Assembly: GCA_042090785.1 (NCBI GenBank)
Contig: JBELIP010000008.1
Span: 18,763 to 82,762, forward strand
DNA from: Cellvibrionales bacterium
GTDB lineage: Bacteria; Pseudomonadota; Gammaproteobacteria; Pseudomonadales; UBA7434
DNA length: 64,000 nucleotides
Direction: 5' to 3'
Shown: piece by piece, positions 1 to 10,926 of the stretch
How positions within the stretch are numbered: position 1 is the stretch's first letter
How the letters are laid out: every line of letters begins with the position of its first letter
Notes under the pieces: generated by a model
Database searches by the model: none
What the model saw: only the letters and a program-made list of their open reading frames with translations
Told to the model about the DNA's origin: nothing
Translations under genes and position numbers: made by a program

Positions 1-51
1 TATCTGCCAATCTTACTGGTCGATCTAGCCCGATAGCGGTATATTGATCAC

Positions 52-1680
52 ATGCCCAGCTTGCCTCTAATTCACTTTATATCGCTTTGTCAGCCGCTTA
101 TTAAGCGCTTATTTTGCTCTCTTTATGCCACTCGCCTCGGCCTGATGACTGCTGCTGGCTCATTACTGCTTAATAATAATGCTGTCGCTGCCAACATCAC
201 CATTCACAGCTCAATACATAGCCTCTGGCCCGCTATCATTATTATTATCGCTGTTATCGCCCAAGCTATAATGCTGGGGCGCAATAAAACACTGCGACAA
301 AAGCTCAACCATACTCAGCGAGAACTCGAACATAAGGTCGACCAACGTACCCAAAAGCTGCGAGAAATTAATCAACGCCTGTATGAAGTGATTAATCAGC
401 ATCAGGCTACTCGTATGCAGCTTATCGAGAGCGAGGCTTATTCAGAGAGTATTCTCGAATCCATGCCGTCTGTCGTCATAGGCGTCGATCCAGAGCTGTT
501 TATTACCCGCTGGAATCGTGCCGCTGAACTCATGACTGGCATCACTCACGATAAGGCCATTGGCCGACAACTCATTCAGTGCTACACCGACCTGCCCTTT
601 CAAACTGATATTATTCACAGCGCCATCGCTGAACGCCGCGCCCGTACTCTTGATGCCATCCATACTAATGCTCAGGTCAGTAGCAGCAAAGGTGCTAAAA
701 ATATCTATGTATCTGCGGTCATCTATCCTTTAACCTCGGGCGGACTTACAGGCGCCGTAATACGCATTGACGATATTACCCAGCGCATAAAAATAGAGAA
801 TATGTTGGTGCAAGATGAAAAGTTGCTGTCTATGGGCCGTATGGCAGCCGGTTTAGCTCACGAAATCAATAATCCGCTTGCGGCTATTATTCAAGGTAGC
901 CAAACAATTGAACGACGCCTGCTTGAAGATATTAATGCCAACAAACAGCAAGCCCAAAAACAAAACCTCTCTTTTGAAGCTATTCGCGACTACGCTAAAT
1001 ACCGACAGGTTGATCAGTTACTGGCCAATATCAAGGAGGCTGGTGAGCGCGCAGCCAATATCGTTAAAACCATGCTCGATTTTTCACACTCAAGCCAAAT
1101 GGAACACGTGCCGTTTGATGTCGCCGCTATGGTAAAGAATGCCACGCTTATTGCCGAACAGGATTTTCCACTGCAGCTACGCTCAAAAGTTAAAATTAAT
1201 TTCACAACCGCTAACAGTGAGACTGACAAAAAAACTAACGACATTATTTTGCCGCAAGCACTGGGAGCAATTAACGAAGTACAGCAAGTCGTGATTAATT
1301 TATTACGCAACGCTGCACAAGCCGTTGCCGAAGAGCAAATGACAAAAGAGGCCGAAGGCAACCATCACTACCAACCGCAGATTGCTGTGACCATTCATAT
1401 GACGCCAACACTGGCGCTTATCGATATTAATGATAATGGCTCAGGCATTCCCGAAAATTTACGCACACAAATATTTGAACCGTTTTTTACCACCAAAGAA
1501 ATTGGCTCAGGAACCGGACTCGGGTTGGCCGTCAGTTACTTTATTATGACCGAGCATCATAGAGGCTCATTAGATTTATTACCGCGACAAACAAAAACAG
1601 ATGCATTAGGCACGGAAATCGAAACAGGCACAACATTTAGAATTAGCTTACCGCTGGCTGATGCTGAAACAATGTCATAA
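52..1680 (+). CDS. PAS-domain sensor histidine kinase (HisKA + HATPase_c)
   Basis: 542-aa ORF with a hydrophobic N-terminus and a coiled-coil. It has a PAS-like block (SMPSVVIGVDPELFITRWNRAAELMTGI), H-box GLAHEINNPLAAI, N-box LLRNAAQA, and G-boxes DNGSGIP and GSGTGLGLAVS. No response regulator lies downstream. The start cannot be verified because it is 51 nt from the window edge. Confidence 0.85.
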   Translation: MPSLPLIHFISLCQPLIKRLFCSLYATRLGLMTAAGSLLLNNNAVAANITIHSSIHSLWPAIIIIIAVIAQAIMLGRNKTLRQKLNHTQRELEHKVDQRTQKLREINQRLYEVINQHQATRMQLIESEAYSESILESMPSVVIGVDPELFITRWNRAAELMTGITHDKAIGRQLIQCYTDLPFQTDIIHSAIAERRARTLDAIHTNAQVSSSKGAKNIYVSAVIYPLTSGGLTGAVIRIDDITQRIKIENMLVQDEKLLSMGRMAAGLAHEINNPLAAIIQGSQTIERRLLEDINANKQQAQKQNLSFEAIRDYAKYRQVDQLLANIKEAGERAANIVKTMLDFSHSSQMEHVPFDVAAMVKNATLIAEQDFPLQLRSKVKINFTTANSETDKKTNDIILPQALGAINEVQQVVINLLRNAAQAVAEEQMTKEAEGNHHYQPQIAVTIHMTPTLALIDINDNGSGIPENLRTQIFEPFFTTKEIGSGTGLGLAVSYFIMTEHHRGSLDLLPRQTKTDALGTEIETGTTFRISLPLADAETMS

Positions 1681-1746
1681 AACCAGTAGAATAAAACGCG
1701 TAAAATAATTCATTCATATAACCCGCTACAAGAAGACATAACGACA

Positions 1747-2103
1747 ATGGAAATTTATAAAGAGTTTACAGTTGAAGCCGCACATAAATTGCCGAATGTT
1801 CCTGACGGACATAAATGCAAACGTTTACACGGCCATTCATTTTTAATTCGTATTTGTGTTAGCGGTGAGGCACCCGAGCCAAGTGGTTGGGTTATGGATT
1901 TTTCTGACCTTAAAACAATCTTTGCACCTATTTACGAGCAGCTTGACCATCATTATTTAAATGATATCCCTGGCCTAGAAAACCCAACCAGTGAAAATTT
2001 AGCACGTTGGATTTGGTCACAACTCCATGAGTCGTTACCGCTTTTATCGGCTGTGGAAATTAGAGAAACCTGTACTTCGGGCTGCGTATACCGCGGCGAA
2101 TAA
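1747..2103 (+). CDS. queD: 6-carboxy-5,6,7,8-tetrahydropterin synthase (queuosine biosynthesis)
   Basis: 118 aa, colinear with E. coli QueD as I recall it: [41 protein letters not shown], and the C-terminal [12 protein letters not shown]. Confidence 0.92.
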   Translation: MEIYKEFTVEAAHKLPNVPDGHKCKRLHGHSFLIRICVSGEAPEPSGWVMDFSDLKTIFAPIYEQLDHHYLNDIPGLENPTSENLARWIWSQLHESLPLLSAVEIRETCTSGCVYRGE

Positions 2104-2426
2104 ATAATAAGCATTGGCTAGCTTAAAAAAATAGCTGCGATTGTTATTCACAAGCTACAGCTAGACTTGCCATTATGTATAACTATCAAGCGAACTCAAT
2201 ATCCCGAATTAAGAGTTACTCGTAACCTATTGTATTAAAACAATTTATTAACACCTGTAAACTTAAGAAAATACCTCTCAGACAGCTACAAGTTAACCCT
2301 TTTTATAACGAGTTTATTCAGCCACTTGTCCACAGATTTTTGCCTCGCTAATGGTAAATCTATTACTCAAGCTAAGCCCGCGCCTCACTTTAAAATATCG
2401 TTAGCGAATAATTTTAACTTTGATAA

Positions 2427-2990
2427 TTAAGCTTGCGGCCAAGTTTCAAAAAAGTCTTGCGAGCTAAGCGTAGGCAGTGTTTTTTGTCGTCCTTCAGGCG
2501 TACCTAAATAAATAAACCCAACAATGGTTTCGTTGGCCGCTAAACCTATGCTTTCCATAAACATGCGACTAAACGAAACTGAGCCTGTTCGCCAAATTCC
2601 AGCAAAACCTAATGCATGAGCTGCAGTTAGCATTTGCGATACCGCAGCACCGGCCGAAAGTAATTGTTCGATTTCTGGGACTTTAGCATGCTCAACAATT
2701 TTAGCGGCGGCAACAATAACTAACGGTGCACGCATGGGAGCAACTAATTGTTTGTCGTGAATCGCAGGATCTAAATCAGCATTTTCGAATAATGCAGCAG
2801 CTGCCATTTTTTCGCCTAACGCTAATCTTGCATCACCCTCTACCGTTAAAAAACGCCATGGGCGTAGTCGCGCATGATCTGGCGCACGCAGCGCCGCTTG
2901 AAAAATAGCTTCACGATCATCACCCTGCGGTGCAGGGTCGGTAAGCTTGGGGGTTGAGTTGCGATTGTGTAATGCTGTTAGTGCATCCAT
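2427..2990 (-). CDS. ydjA: NAD(P)H nitroreductase, YdjA-like
   Basis: 187 aa. It has the same N-terminus style as E. coli YdjA (MDAL...NR.S...L..PAP) plus the RAPDH..L.PWRF and GFGGIWR-like (GFAGIWRTG) motifs. Its ATG lies 1 nt after the stop of the upstream ketosynthase gene. Confidence 0.8.
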   Translation of the reverse strand: MDALTALHNRNSTPKLTDPAPQGDDREAIFQAALRAPDHARLRPWRFLTVEGDARLALGEKMAAAALFENADLDPAIHDKQLVAPMRAPLVIVAAAKIVEHAKVPEIEQLLSAGAAVSQMLTAAHALGFAGIWRTGSVSFSRMFMESIGLAANETIVGFIYLGTPEGRQKTLPTLSSQDFFETWPQA

Positions 2991-2991
2991 A

Positions 2992-4857
2992 TTAATCTAA
3001 CCATTTTTTATAGTCTGAAGTGATATTAAGATTAATCGGTTCGGCGTAACCGGGTACTTTAATTTCTTGATCATTAAACGTTAAGGTGTCACCGTCCAAC
3101 ACATTATTATCAAAATGATAGGTAGGTTTTACCTCGCCTTGCAACATTGCTTGGTCATAGGCATTAGCTTGCTCTTGTACCTGTTCTGCACGCGCCTGAT
3201 AAGACGACCATGCTGACGACTTGTGTTTGCTGGCAACCATTTTTGCAACAATATGCGGAGCAATAACGGTGGCCGAAGCATTGTTACCGCCAAAACCTTT
3301 AGCGTTAATAATAGCCGAATCCATCCCTTCAGCACCCACTTCTTTATGATAACGGCTAATATTCAAATGGCTGCATGCCACATCAGGTGCAGGGCCATCA
3401 ATCGTGTTAATACCGGGTAAAATACCCTCTTCCCAAACACCCAAGCTCGCTACTAACTGATCGGCACCAGCAGTACCTACCGAATGACCAAGATAGCTCT
3501 TAACAGCCACTACGGGCCAACTATCAATACCAAACACCTCAGCAGTACGGTTAAGAATATCGGACTCGGTAACACGGTTTTGCGGTGTACCCGTGCCATG
3601 GGCCTGTATAAAGCTTCGCTGGCGAATAGACTCTTCACCTAGCAAACCACGCGCACTGCCCATGGCTTTAGCAACGGTGAGGTAATTACCGACACCCGGC
3701 GCAGAAATCGACTTTTTATGGCCATCAGCATTAATAAATACATCGGTAACAGCGCCATACATTTTAGCCCCCAACTCTAACGCTAGGCTGTCATCAAACA
3801 ACACAACAAACTGTGCGGACTCAGCCAAGGTGAATCCACAATTCTCGCCAAAGGGACGACAAGCGCGACGATAATCCAATACGCCGTTATCTAACTGACG
3901 TAATTCTTTATCGCTAGCTAGCGCGCTCATAGCACTGTAACCCTCAACCACCTCAGGTACGATAGGCGCCTCACTATTACCAACAATGGCAATACGTGAA
4001 CGACCACTTTGAATATCAGTAATGCCCTGGCGCAGATTATATAAAAATGAGGCACACGCCCCCATATTGGTACCCGTAGTCCCTAAACTGCCAAGAATAT
4101 AGGCGTTAATAAAATCAGCAGGCATTTCGGCAAAGCCAAACGGACACTGCTTTGATGTGGTTCGCTTACCATTAAAGCGCGCCGACATCATGCCACCATT
4201 GGCATTCGCATCTAGCTGCCCCATGCCACTGCCGGCATAAACACTTACCTGGTCAGCGGCTACAGCCTGTGAAAGTGTTTGCCAGTCAATACCGACCGAT
4301 GCCAATGCATCAGAGGCACCAAAAACCGTCATCTGTAATCCGCGTGGATGATTGTGCGAAGAGTAATTAGCACCTGGATCGAAACCACTGGGCAGCTGAC
4401 CCGCTGCTTGAACTTTTAATTCGCGCTGACTAGGAACAAGAAACGTTTGATCATCAACAACATTTACTCGTACCTGCTGATCACTGATTCTTTCTATCTG
4501 CCAACTTGAAGGAATGCTTGCCGGTAAATGCTTAACCGCTAAATCAAAAGTTAACGGGGCACTTTCGTTATTTTGCAAAATAATTTTTTGGTTATAGTCA
4601 ACGGCTGCAGCATAAAGAATACCCTTTTCCATTTGTCGAATCAGCGTACCTTGAAGAATCTCTGTGGCAGTGACTCCATCGCTACTAATTTTACCTGCGG
4701 CTTGAAGCCCCATTAATGGCGCTAGACTACTTAGCGTTAGTTCGGCTTTTTCGGTACTCAGCGCATCAAATACCAAACGACGATAACCATGATGAAACGA
4801 ACTACGACCCGCGGGATTAATGCCACCAAAACCAACGATAACAGGTAAATTTGCCAC
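2992..4857 (-). CDS. fabY: FabY-type (KAS I/II fold, ~620 aa) beta-ketoacyl-ACP synthase
   Basis: 621 aa, much longer than FabB/FabF. Cys-His-His triad motifs are visible: NMGACASFLYN, IQAHGTGTPQN and SYLGHSVGTAG. The N-terminus is MANLPVIVGFGGINPAGRSSFHHGYRR. The GTG start is preceded by AAGGAGG at a 5-nt spacing. Confidence 0.75.
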   Translation of the reverse strand: MANLPVIVGFGGINPAGRSSFHHGYRRLVFDALSTEKAELTLSSLAPLMGLQAAGKISSDGVTATEILQGTLIRQMEKGILYAAAVDYNQKIILQNNESAPLTFDLAVKHLPASIPSSWQIERISDQQVRVNVVDDQTFLVPSQRELKVQAAGQLPSGFDPGANYSSHNHPRGLQMTVFGASDALASVGIDWQTLSQAVAADQVSVYAGSGMGQLDANANGGMMSARFNGKRTTSKQCPFGFAEMPADFINAYILGSLGTTGTNMGACASFLYNLRQGITDIQSGRSRIAIVGNSEAPIVPEVVEGYSAMSALASDKELRQLDNGVLDYRRACRPFGENCGFTLAESAQFVVLFDDSLALELGAKMYGAVTDVFINADGHKKSISAPGVGNYLTVAKAMGSARGLLGEESIRQRSFIQAHGTGTPQNRVTESDILNRTAEVFGIDSWPVVAVKSYLGHSVGTAGADQLVASLGVWEEGILPGINTIDGPAPDVACSHLNISRYHKEVGAEGMDSAIINAKGFGGNNASATVIAPHIVAKMVASKHKSSAWSSYQARAEQVQEQANAYDQAMLQGEVKPTYHFDNNVLDGDTLTFNDQEIKVPGYAEPINLNITSDYKKWLD

Positions 4858-5081
4858 CAGAACCTCCTTAAATTAGGCGTTATATGTAACGCATCAGTCA
4901 AAACTCACGGGGCTTACAAAGCAAAATAAGTACGCTTTATTGCCCTGCTAAGACGAGGAACAGTCTAGTAGCAGACAAATAATGTAACTATTGTAATATG
5001 GCCACTTACTATCATTATTCGGCCATATTGGTAATAATAGCCTGCTAGCTTATTAACCCAGCAACCGCTTGGTATCACCCC

Positions 5082-6065
5082 ATGACCACAATTGCCTTTA
5101 TTGCCTACGATCACTGTCTCTCATCAAGCATTAGCCTGCCGATGGAAATGCTAAATGCAGCCGCCGATGCCAATCGAGCGTTAAACCAGGTAGAAACGCC
5201 TGTGCCAAAAATTTATGGCAGCAACCGCAAAATTAGCTGTGCCGGCGGCTTAACACTCATCACAAATAGCCACCCACGCAGCATTGAAAAACCCGATTTA
5301 ATTATCTTGCCTGCAATATGGCGAAACCCATTAACCGTTATTAAAGGCCAGCGTTTTTTACTGGAGTTGTTAAGAAAATGGCATAGGCAAGGCGCCATGC
5401 TTTGCGCCGTAGGCACTAGCAGCAGTTTTTTTGCCGAAGCAGGCTTGCTAGATAAGCGCCCCGCTACAACTCACTGGGCACATTTTGATACCTTTCAAAA
5501 ACGTTACCCTACCGTGCAGTTACAAAAAGATTTTTTAATTACACGCTCACAAAATTTATATTGCGCCGGTAGTGTTAACTCAGTAGCTGATTTAATTATT
5601 TATTTTATTGAGCGCCTGTATGGCGCAGACATTGCCAGTCGCGTTGAGGCAAATTTCTCGCCAGAAATCAGGCAGTCTTATGCCAAGAGTATGTTTACCG
5701 AAGGAGAAAGCTCACGCCATTCAGATGAAGATATTGTTCGTTTACAACACTGGCTTAACGAGAACTTTTCGCAGAAGATTAGCAGTAATCACATGGCCAA
5801 AATGCTAGGCATTAGCGTAAGAACATTAAACCGACGCTTTAATTTAGCCATAGAAAAAAGTCCACAAAATTATCTTAAAGATATCAGGCTGGCTCATGCA
5901 AAAGAATTATTGAAGGAAACTAATTTAAATATCGCTGATGTAGCGGAACAGGCCGGATTTAATGACGGTAGCCACTTTAGCAGTACTTTTAAGCGATTTA
6001 TGTCTGTTTCACCAAAGGACTACAGAGAGGCCGTTAAGAATAAGTTGTTTTCGGTTATCAACTAA
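5082..6065 (+). CDS. GlxA-family transcriptional regulator (DJ-1/PfpI-like domain + AraC HTH)
   Basis: 327 aa. The N-terminal half is amidotransferase-like (CAVGTSSFFAEAGLLD). The C-terminal half is an AraC-type HTH (ISSNHMAKMLGISVRTLNRRF ... GFNDGSHFSSTFKRFMSVSPKDYR). Confidence 0.85.
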   Translation: MTTIAFIAYDHCLSSSISLPMEMLNAAADANRALNQVETPVPKIYGSNRKISCAGGLTLITNSHPRSIEKPDLIILPAIWRNPLTVIKGQRFLLELLRKWHRQGAMLCAVGTSSSFFAEAGLLDKRPATTHWAHFDTFQKRYPTVQLQKDFLITRSQNLYCAGSVNSVADLIIYFIERLYGADIASRVEANFSPEIRQSYAKSMFTEGESSRHSDEDIVRLQHWLNENFSQKISSNHMAKMLGISVRTLNRRFNLAIEKSPQNYLKDIRLAHAKELLKETNLNIADVAEQAGFNDGSHFSSTFKRFMSVSPKDYREAVKNKLFSVIN

Positions 6066-6066
6066 T

Positions 6067-6582
6067 TTACGAATAGATACTATCAAAATGAGCTTGCCGA
6101 AAACCACGGTATATTAAAAATTTCTGTTGTCGGACTTTTTCAGTGAGATCTGTCGCTGGCTGAGGGCCAAATTTTTTATCTCTCGCCGCCAATGCCGCAT
6201 CACGCCAACTAGCATCTAGCCCATCGAGGTAACGTGCCGCTAAACTGTCGTTAACACCTCGCTCACGCAACTCACCCGCAATACGCACAGGCCCAAAGCC
6301 TGCTCGCCTGCGATAAGCCACATAAACTTCGGTAAATCGTTCATCACTTAACAAATTATCGTTGACTAATTTATCGAGCGCTTCTTCGATAAGATCATAT
6401 TCGCTATAACGACGATGTAACTTTCGCGCTAACTCTAATCGACTATGCTCTCGCCTTGCGAGCAAGTCCATAGCCGAGCGGCGAATATCGCGGATATCCG
6501 AACTGGATGATTCTGCTTGCGCATTGCTTTCAAGCATGCTCTCAGACACACTTTCAGACAATATGCTGGTTTCTGTTATCAA
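6067..6582 (-). CDS. recX: RecA regulator RecX
   Basis: 171 aa, immediately downstream of recA on the same strand. It shows the RecX-like helical repeat pattern (LLARREHSRLELARKL...; ...KFLIYRGF). Confidence 0.85.
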   Translation of the reverse strand: MITETSILSESVSESMLESNAQAESSSSDIRDIRRSAMDLLARREHSRLELARKLHRRYSEYDLIEEALDKLVNDNLLSDERFTEVYVAYRRRAGFGPVRIAGELRERGVNDSLAARYLDGLDASWRDAALAARDKKFGPQPATDLTEKVRQQKFLIYRGFRQAHFDSIYS

Positions 6583-6658
6583 AATTTCACCTTAACTTTA
6601 CCACAAAATCACTCCGCTCAGATCAAACACTTTATTTGCAATAAGCGTTTTAGTGCCT

Positions 6659-7702
6659 CTATTCTAGCGCTTCTAGTTCGCCTTCAGCTTCTTCAACCTC
6701 TTCTTTACTACTGCCTTTCGACAATAATGCATCGCGAATTAAACCTTCAATTTCATTTGCTATGTCCATGTGCTCTTCAAGGTATTTTGCTGAGTTAGCC
6801 TTACCCTGCCCAATGCGATCGCCTTTATAGCTATACCAAGCGCCGGCTTTATCAATAAGGCCTTGCTTAACACCAATATCGATAACCTCGCCCATATGGT
6901 AAATACCTTTACCATACATAATCTGGAATTCGGTTTGCCGAAACGGCGGTGCCACTTTATTTTTCACAACTTTTACGCGTGTTTCATTACCAATAATTTC
7001 ATCGCCATTTTTTACCGCGCCAATGCGTCGAATGTCTAAGCGAACAGAAGAGTAAAATTTAAGTGCGTTACCGCCAGTGGTTGTTTCTGGATTACCGAAC
7101 ATAACGCCTATTTTCATACGAATTTGGTTAATAAAGATAACCATACAGTTAGAGCGCTTGATATTACCGGTGATTTTTCTAAGCGCCTGTGACATTAAGC
7201 GCGCTTGCAAACCAACGTGATGGTCACCCATGTCGCCTTCAATTTCTGCTTTAGGCGTTAATGCCGCTACCGAATCGACAACAATGACATCAACAGCGCC
7301 TGAACGAACGAGCATATCGGTAACTTCGAGTGCTTGCTCGCCAGTGTCTGGCTGTGAAACTAATAAGTCTTCTACATTTACACCTAACTTTTCTGCGTAA
7401 CTTGGGTCAAGTGCATGCTCGGCATCTACAAAGGCTGCTGTACCACCTGCTTTTTGACACTCGGCAACCACTTGCAATGTTAGTGTGGTTTTACCTGATG
7501 ATTCTGGACCGTAAATTTCAACGACGCGACCTTTTGGCAACCCGCCTATGCCTAAGGCAATATCTAACCCTAGTGAACCGGTTGAGATTGAAGGCATAAC
7601 TTCTCTGTCGTCATCCCCCATGCGCATAATGGTTCCTTTACCGAATTGGCGTTCAATTTGTGAGAGTGCAGCATCAAGCGCTTTTTTTCTGTTGTCTTCC
7701 AT
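6659..7702 (-). CDS. recA: Recombinase A
   Basis: 347 aa with the canonical RecA sequence: [23 protein letters not shown], Walker [13 protein letters not shown], and [28 protein letters not shown]. Confidence 0.98.
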   Translation of the reverse strand: MEDNRKKALDAALSQIERQFGKGTIMRMGDDDREVMPSISTGSLGLDIALGIGGLPKGRVVEIYGPESSGKTTLTLQVVAECQKAGGTAAFVDAEHALDPSYAEKLGVNVEDLLVSQPDTGEQALEVTDMLVRSGAVDVIVVDSVAALTPKAEIEGDMGDHHVGLQARLMSQALRKITGNIKRSNCMVIFINQIRMKIGVMFGNPETTTGGNALKFYSSVRLDIRRIGAVKNGDEIIGNETRVKVVKNKVAPPFRQTEFQIMYGKGIYHMGEVIDIGVKQGLIDKAGAWYSYKGDRIGQGKANSAKYLEEHMDIANEIEGLIRDALLSKGSSKEEVEEAEGELEALE

Positions 7703-7801
7703 CGTTGTATCTACCTCGTGACCATGCTGAACATGGCTATTTAGTCGTGCGTTTTATCAGGCGGTAAAGCGGATAGTTGGACCGCAAGTACCATGTTTTG
7801 G

Positions 7802-7821
7802 TACTGTACATTTAAACAGTA
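7802..7821 (-). promoter_or_regulatory. LexA SOS box upstream of recA
   Basis: TACTGTACATTTAAACAGTA matches the gammaproteobacterial consensus TACTG-(N10)-CAGTA. It lies about 100 nt upstream of the recA start. Confidence 0.8.
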
Positions 7822-8010
7822 GTGTTTTTTGTTTGCAAGCCCCTTCTCTTAAAATAATTGGAATGAGTAAAAAAATATTTAAGACGATCGAATTTTACTC
7901 AGCAGCAATACACAAAAGCCGAATTAAACGCTGCTTATTTTTTATGCTTTTAGCTTAAATTCAATAGCTTAGAGAGGGTTTTAATAATGCAATTTTAATA
8001 TTATTTCGAG

Positions 8011-8514
8011 CTAGTCAATCAGATACTCTCTATCAAGCCAGCGACCAATGGTATTGGGCACCACGCGATGTGAGGCATAATAAGTATGCAGGCAGCGGAT
8101 ACGTATAAAATTGGCAATGCCACCAATACCCCGCTTTTGTAATGCATCGTAGTAATTCTGCTCAACTAAGCGAGCCTTTATATCTGCCGTCATATTGGCG
8201 TCACGCAGTCGAATAAATTGTTGGTGATCGGCAATCATCGACGCCTGCAAATCGTCACTGGCATCAATTTCCGCCTGCATATTGGCAATTAAGCCGCCCG
8301 CTTCTAATTGATCAATTTTATAATTTAACGTTTTATCAACTAACCAAAACATGGTCGGGAAAGGCTTGTCATCAACTAAACTCGCAACACGAATAACCGA
8401 AGGCCGACCTTTTGCATCAACGGCCTCTATCGCCTCTAAGCCTCGCGGCTCTCTACCTAAAAGCGCTGTAACTTGGTCAATAATTTTGGCATCAATGGAT
8501 GATGAGATAGACAT
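8011..8514 (-). CDS. DUF501 domain protein
   Basis: 167 aa with motifs I associate with DUF501: GREPRG, PFPTMFWL, LEAGG, and GIGG...IRCLH..YASH. Confidence 0.7.
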   Translation of the reverse strand: MSISSSIDAKIIDQVTALLGREPRGLEAIEAVDAKGRPSVIRVASLVDDKPFPTMFWLVDKTLNYKIDQLEAGGLIANMQAEIDASDDLQASMIADHQQFIRLRDANMTADIKARLVEQNYYDALQKRGIGGIANFIRIRCLHTYYASHRVVPNTIGRWLDREYLID

Positions 8515-8539
8515 AACACAAACCTAGACGTTAAAAAAA

Positions 8540-8571
8540 ACAAAAAAGCCCGGCAAAACCAGGCTTTTTTT
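8540..8571 (-). terminator. Intrinsic terminator after etfA
   Basis: AAGCCcGGcaaaaCCaGGCTT stem-loop flanked by an A-run and a T-run. On the minus strand the U-tract follows the hairpin. Confidence 0.6.
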
Positions 8572-8609
8572 GTTAACCGCTTACTGAATTAAAAACATTC
8601 AACAGAGTG

Positions 8610-9539
8610 CTAGAGCTGCGCTGCTAACTCAGGTAAAACGTCAAATAAATCTGCAACCAAACCGTAGTCCGCTACTTGAAAAATTGGTGCATCTTCATCT
8701 TTATTGATGGCAACAATCACCTTGCTGTCTTTCATGCCCGCCAAATGCTGAATAGCACCTGAAATACCCACGGCAATATAAAGCTCAGGCGCAACGATTT
8801 TACCCGTTTGGCCGACCTGCATATCATTCGGTACAAAGCCTGCGTCTACCGCCGCACGCGAGGCACCCATGGCGGCGTTAAGTTTGTCAGCTACGGCCTC
8901 AATAAGTTTAAAGTTATCGCCGTTTTGCATGCCACGACCACCCGAGATGACCACGCTTGCCGCTGTCAGCTCAGGGCGATCAGAGACCACGATCTCTTCA
9001 CCCACAAAAGTTGAAACACCTGCGTCAATCACCGTATCAGAAGCCACTTGCTCCGCTGAACCACCCGCAGCATCAACAGGATCAAATGATGTGGTTCGCA
9101 CCGTAATCACCTTTTTGGCGTCGCTAGACTGAACCGTGGCAATAACGTTACCCGCATAAATCGGTCGTTTAAACGTATCGGCAGACTCAACACTAATAAT
9201 GTCTGAAATCATTTGTACATCAAGTAAGGCGGCAATACGTGGCATAAAGTTTTTACCATTACCCGTTGCGCCGGCTAAAACGTAGTCGTAATCAGCTGCC
9301 ACTTCGGCAACTAAGCCCGCAACGTTTTCTGCCAATTGATGCTCGTAAACCGCATTATCGGCAACAATCACTTTAGCGACGCCACTAGCCGCTGCTGCTT
9401 CACTCGCCGCCGCTGCACAAGCACTGCCGGCAACTAAAATATGCACGTCGCCACCAATAGCTGCCGCTGCCGCTACTGTATTTAACGTTGAGCTTTTAAG
9501 GCTGGCGTTGTCATGCTCTGCTATGACTAAAATACTCAT
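8610..9539 (-). CDS. etfA: Electron transfer flavoprotein subunit alpha
   Basis: 309 aa with the C-terminal FAD-binding signature [31 protein letters not shown]. It overlaps the etfB stop by 4 nt. Confidence 0.93.
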   Translation of the reverse strand: MSILVIAEHDNASLKSSTLNTVAAAAAIGGDVHILVAGSACAAAASEAAAASGVAKVIVADNAVYEHQLAENVAGLVAEVAADYDYVLAGATGNGKNFMPRIAALLDVQMISDIISVESADTFKRPIYAGNVIATVQSSDAKKVITVRTTSFDPVDAAGGSAEQVASDTVIDAGVSTFVGEEIVVSDRPELTAASVVISGGRGMQNGDNFKLIEAVADKLNAAMGASRAAVDAGFVPNDMQVGQTGKIVAPELYIAVGISGAIQHLAGMKDSKVIVAINKDEDAPIFQVADYGLVADLFDVLPELAAQL

Positions 9540-10288
9540 GAGATCACCTTTGCTTCATTTTTTAATTTATCAACTAATTCATCTACCGACACGACTTTAA
9601 TGCCCGCCTGTCTTTCTGCTGGGGGCTCAACACTTAACGTGCTGACTGATGCCGCTATAGCCACACCCAAATCATCAGCAGAAAAAACATCTAATGGTTT
9701 CTTTTTAGCCTTCATAATATTGGGTAAAGAGGCATAACGCGGCTCATTAAGACGCAAATCGGTCGTCACAACGGCAGGCAGCTTTAATGAAAGTGTCTGC
9801 AAGCCACCATCGACTTCGCGCGTGACTTCTACCATGCCATCACCAAGCTCAACATTCGAAGCAAAAGTGCCCTGCCCCATGCCGCTTAACGCCGCTAACA
9901 TTTGGCCGGTTTGGTTGTTATCGCCATCAATCGACTGTTTACCCAAAATAACTAGATCAGGGCTTTCTTTAGTCACAACCGCATTTAGTAATTTAGCAAC
10001 ACCTAATGGCTGAACCTGTTCTTCTGTTTCTACCATAATTGCTCGGTCAGCACCCAGTGCTAACGCCGTTCGTAACTGTTCTTGAACGACTTTAGGCCCA
10101 ATGGATACAGCGATAATTTCTGTGACTTTACCCGCCTCTTTTAAGCGAACAGCTTCTTCTACTGCAATTTCGCAAAAAGGGTTTAAAGACATTTTGACGT
10201 TGTTTAGATCAACATCGGATCCATCTGCTTTAGGTCGTACTTTCACGTTGTAATCAACAACGCGTTTAACTGCTACCAGAACCTTCAT
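9536..10288 (-). CDS. etfB: Electron transfer flavoprotein subunit beta
   Basis: The ORF-track start at 10393 was trimmed to the ATG at 10288. This gives the canonical N-terminus [18 protein letters not shown] and places GGAG 6 nt upstream. Confidence 0.93.
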   Translation of the reverse strand: MKVLVAVKRVVDYNVKVRPKADGSDVDLNNVKMSLNPFCEIAVEEAVRLKEAGKVTEIIAVSIGPKVVQEQLRTALALGADRAIMVETEEQVQPLGVAKLLNAVVTKESPDLVILGKQSIDGDNNQTGQMLAALSGMGQGTFASNVELGDGMVEVTREVDGGLQTLSLKLPAVVTTDLRLNEPRYASLPNIMKAKKKPLDVFSADDLGVAIAASVSTLSVEPPAERQAGIKVVSVDELVDKLKNEAKVIS

Positions 10289-10626
10289 GAGTACTCCGAA
10301 CCTGAGTCGTAGGGGGTTAAAAACAATATAGTAAGTTAAAAATATGTAAGGTAATGCAAGCTGTCGACTAGCGCCGAATAAGCTACTGCCCATGAATTAT
10401 AAGCTATGAACCACAAGCCAAAGAACAACGCACAAACGAGTAAAGTGAACTCATTACCTGACAAAATAAAAGCCGGATATGTTGACTGTTTCAAAGGCTT
10501 TGGTCAATAGCTATCGGCCTCTAGGCAGCCAAATCACTGAGATACATCATTACATATTCGACAGCTATTTTTTGGCTTTATGCCATAAATTGGTTTTGGC
10601 TATTGTCTTAAACAAAATCTATTCAG

Positions 10627-10926
10627 TTATCGCATTAAAGTGGAAGAAAAAACCGCCAACATGACATTGATGCAACCTTGAAATAATCTTTGATCCAGCT
10701 TTAAAAGAATCTCGTAAAGACTAATTAATGATTCAAATTCGAAAACTAAAAACCCTTTTAGGGTTAATTTATAACCACCCGTTAAATGTTTTTTTTTAGT
10801 TAATGGTTTGTAACCCATTTTCCAGCTAAATAAGACTTTTTCAGTCGCTAAATAGTCTAGAATAAGTAGATGTAAATAATTAATCGTCTTACATCGATAT
10901 TTGAATGGTAATTCTGAATGGGACAT
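10627..10926 (-). CDS. Hypothetical 99-aa ORF in an AT-rich divergent promoter region (doubtful)
   Basis: This is the only ORF in the 660-bp etfB/acyl-CoA dehydrogenase spacer. It has no recognisable motif and no clear SD. A terminator-like hairpin, AACCCTtttAGGGTT plus a U-run on the minus strand, lies inside it at about 10751-10768. Confidence 0.15.
   Translation of the reverse strand: MSHSELPFKYRCKTINYLHLLILDYLATEKVLFSWKMGYKPLTKKKHLTGGYKLTLKGFLVFEFESLISLYEILLKLDQRLFQGCINVMLAVFSSTLMR

Noticed and set aside
9536-10393. N-terminally extended ORF-track models (etfB; also ETF-QO 14422, ppiD 20668, tig 27917, fadA 29689, fadB 31906, acpP 40171, fabG 41206, maf 44389, HK 46150, rne 51694, esterase 63873)
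   Set aside because: The longest-ORF starts (often TTG/GTG) add residues that are absent from well-known homologues and often overlap the SD. I replaced them with internal starts that restore the canonical N-termini.
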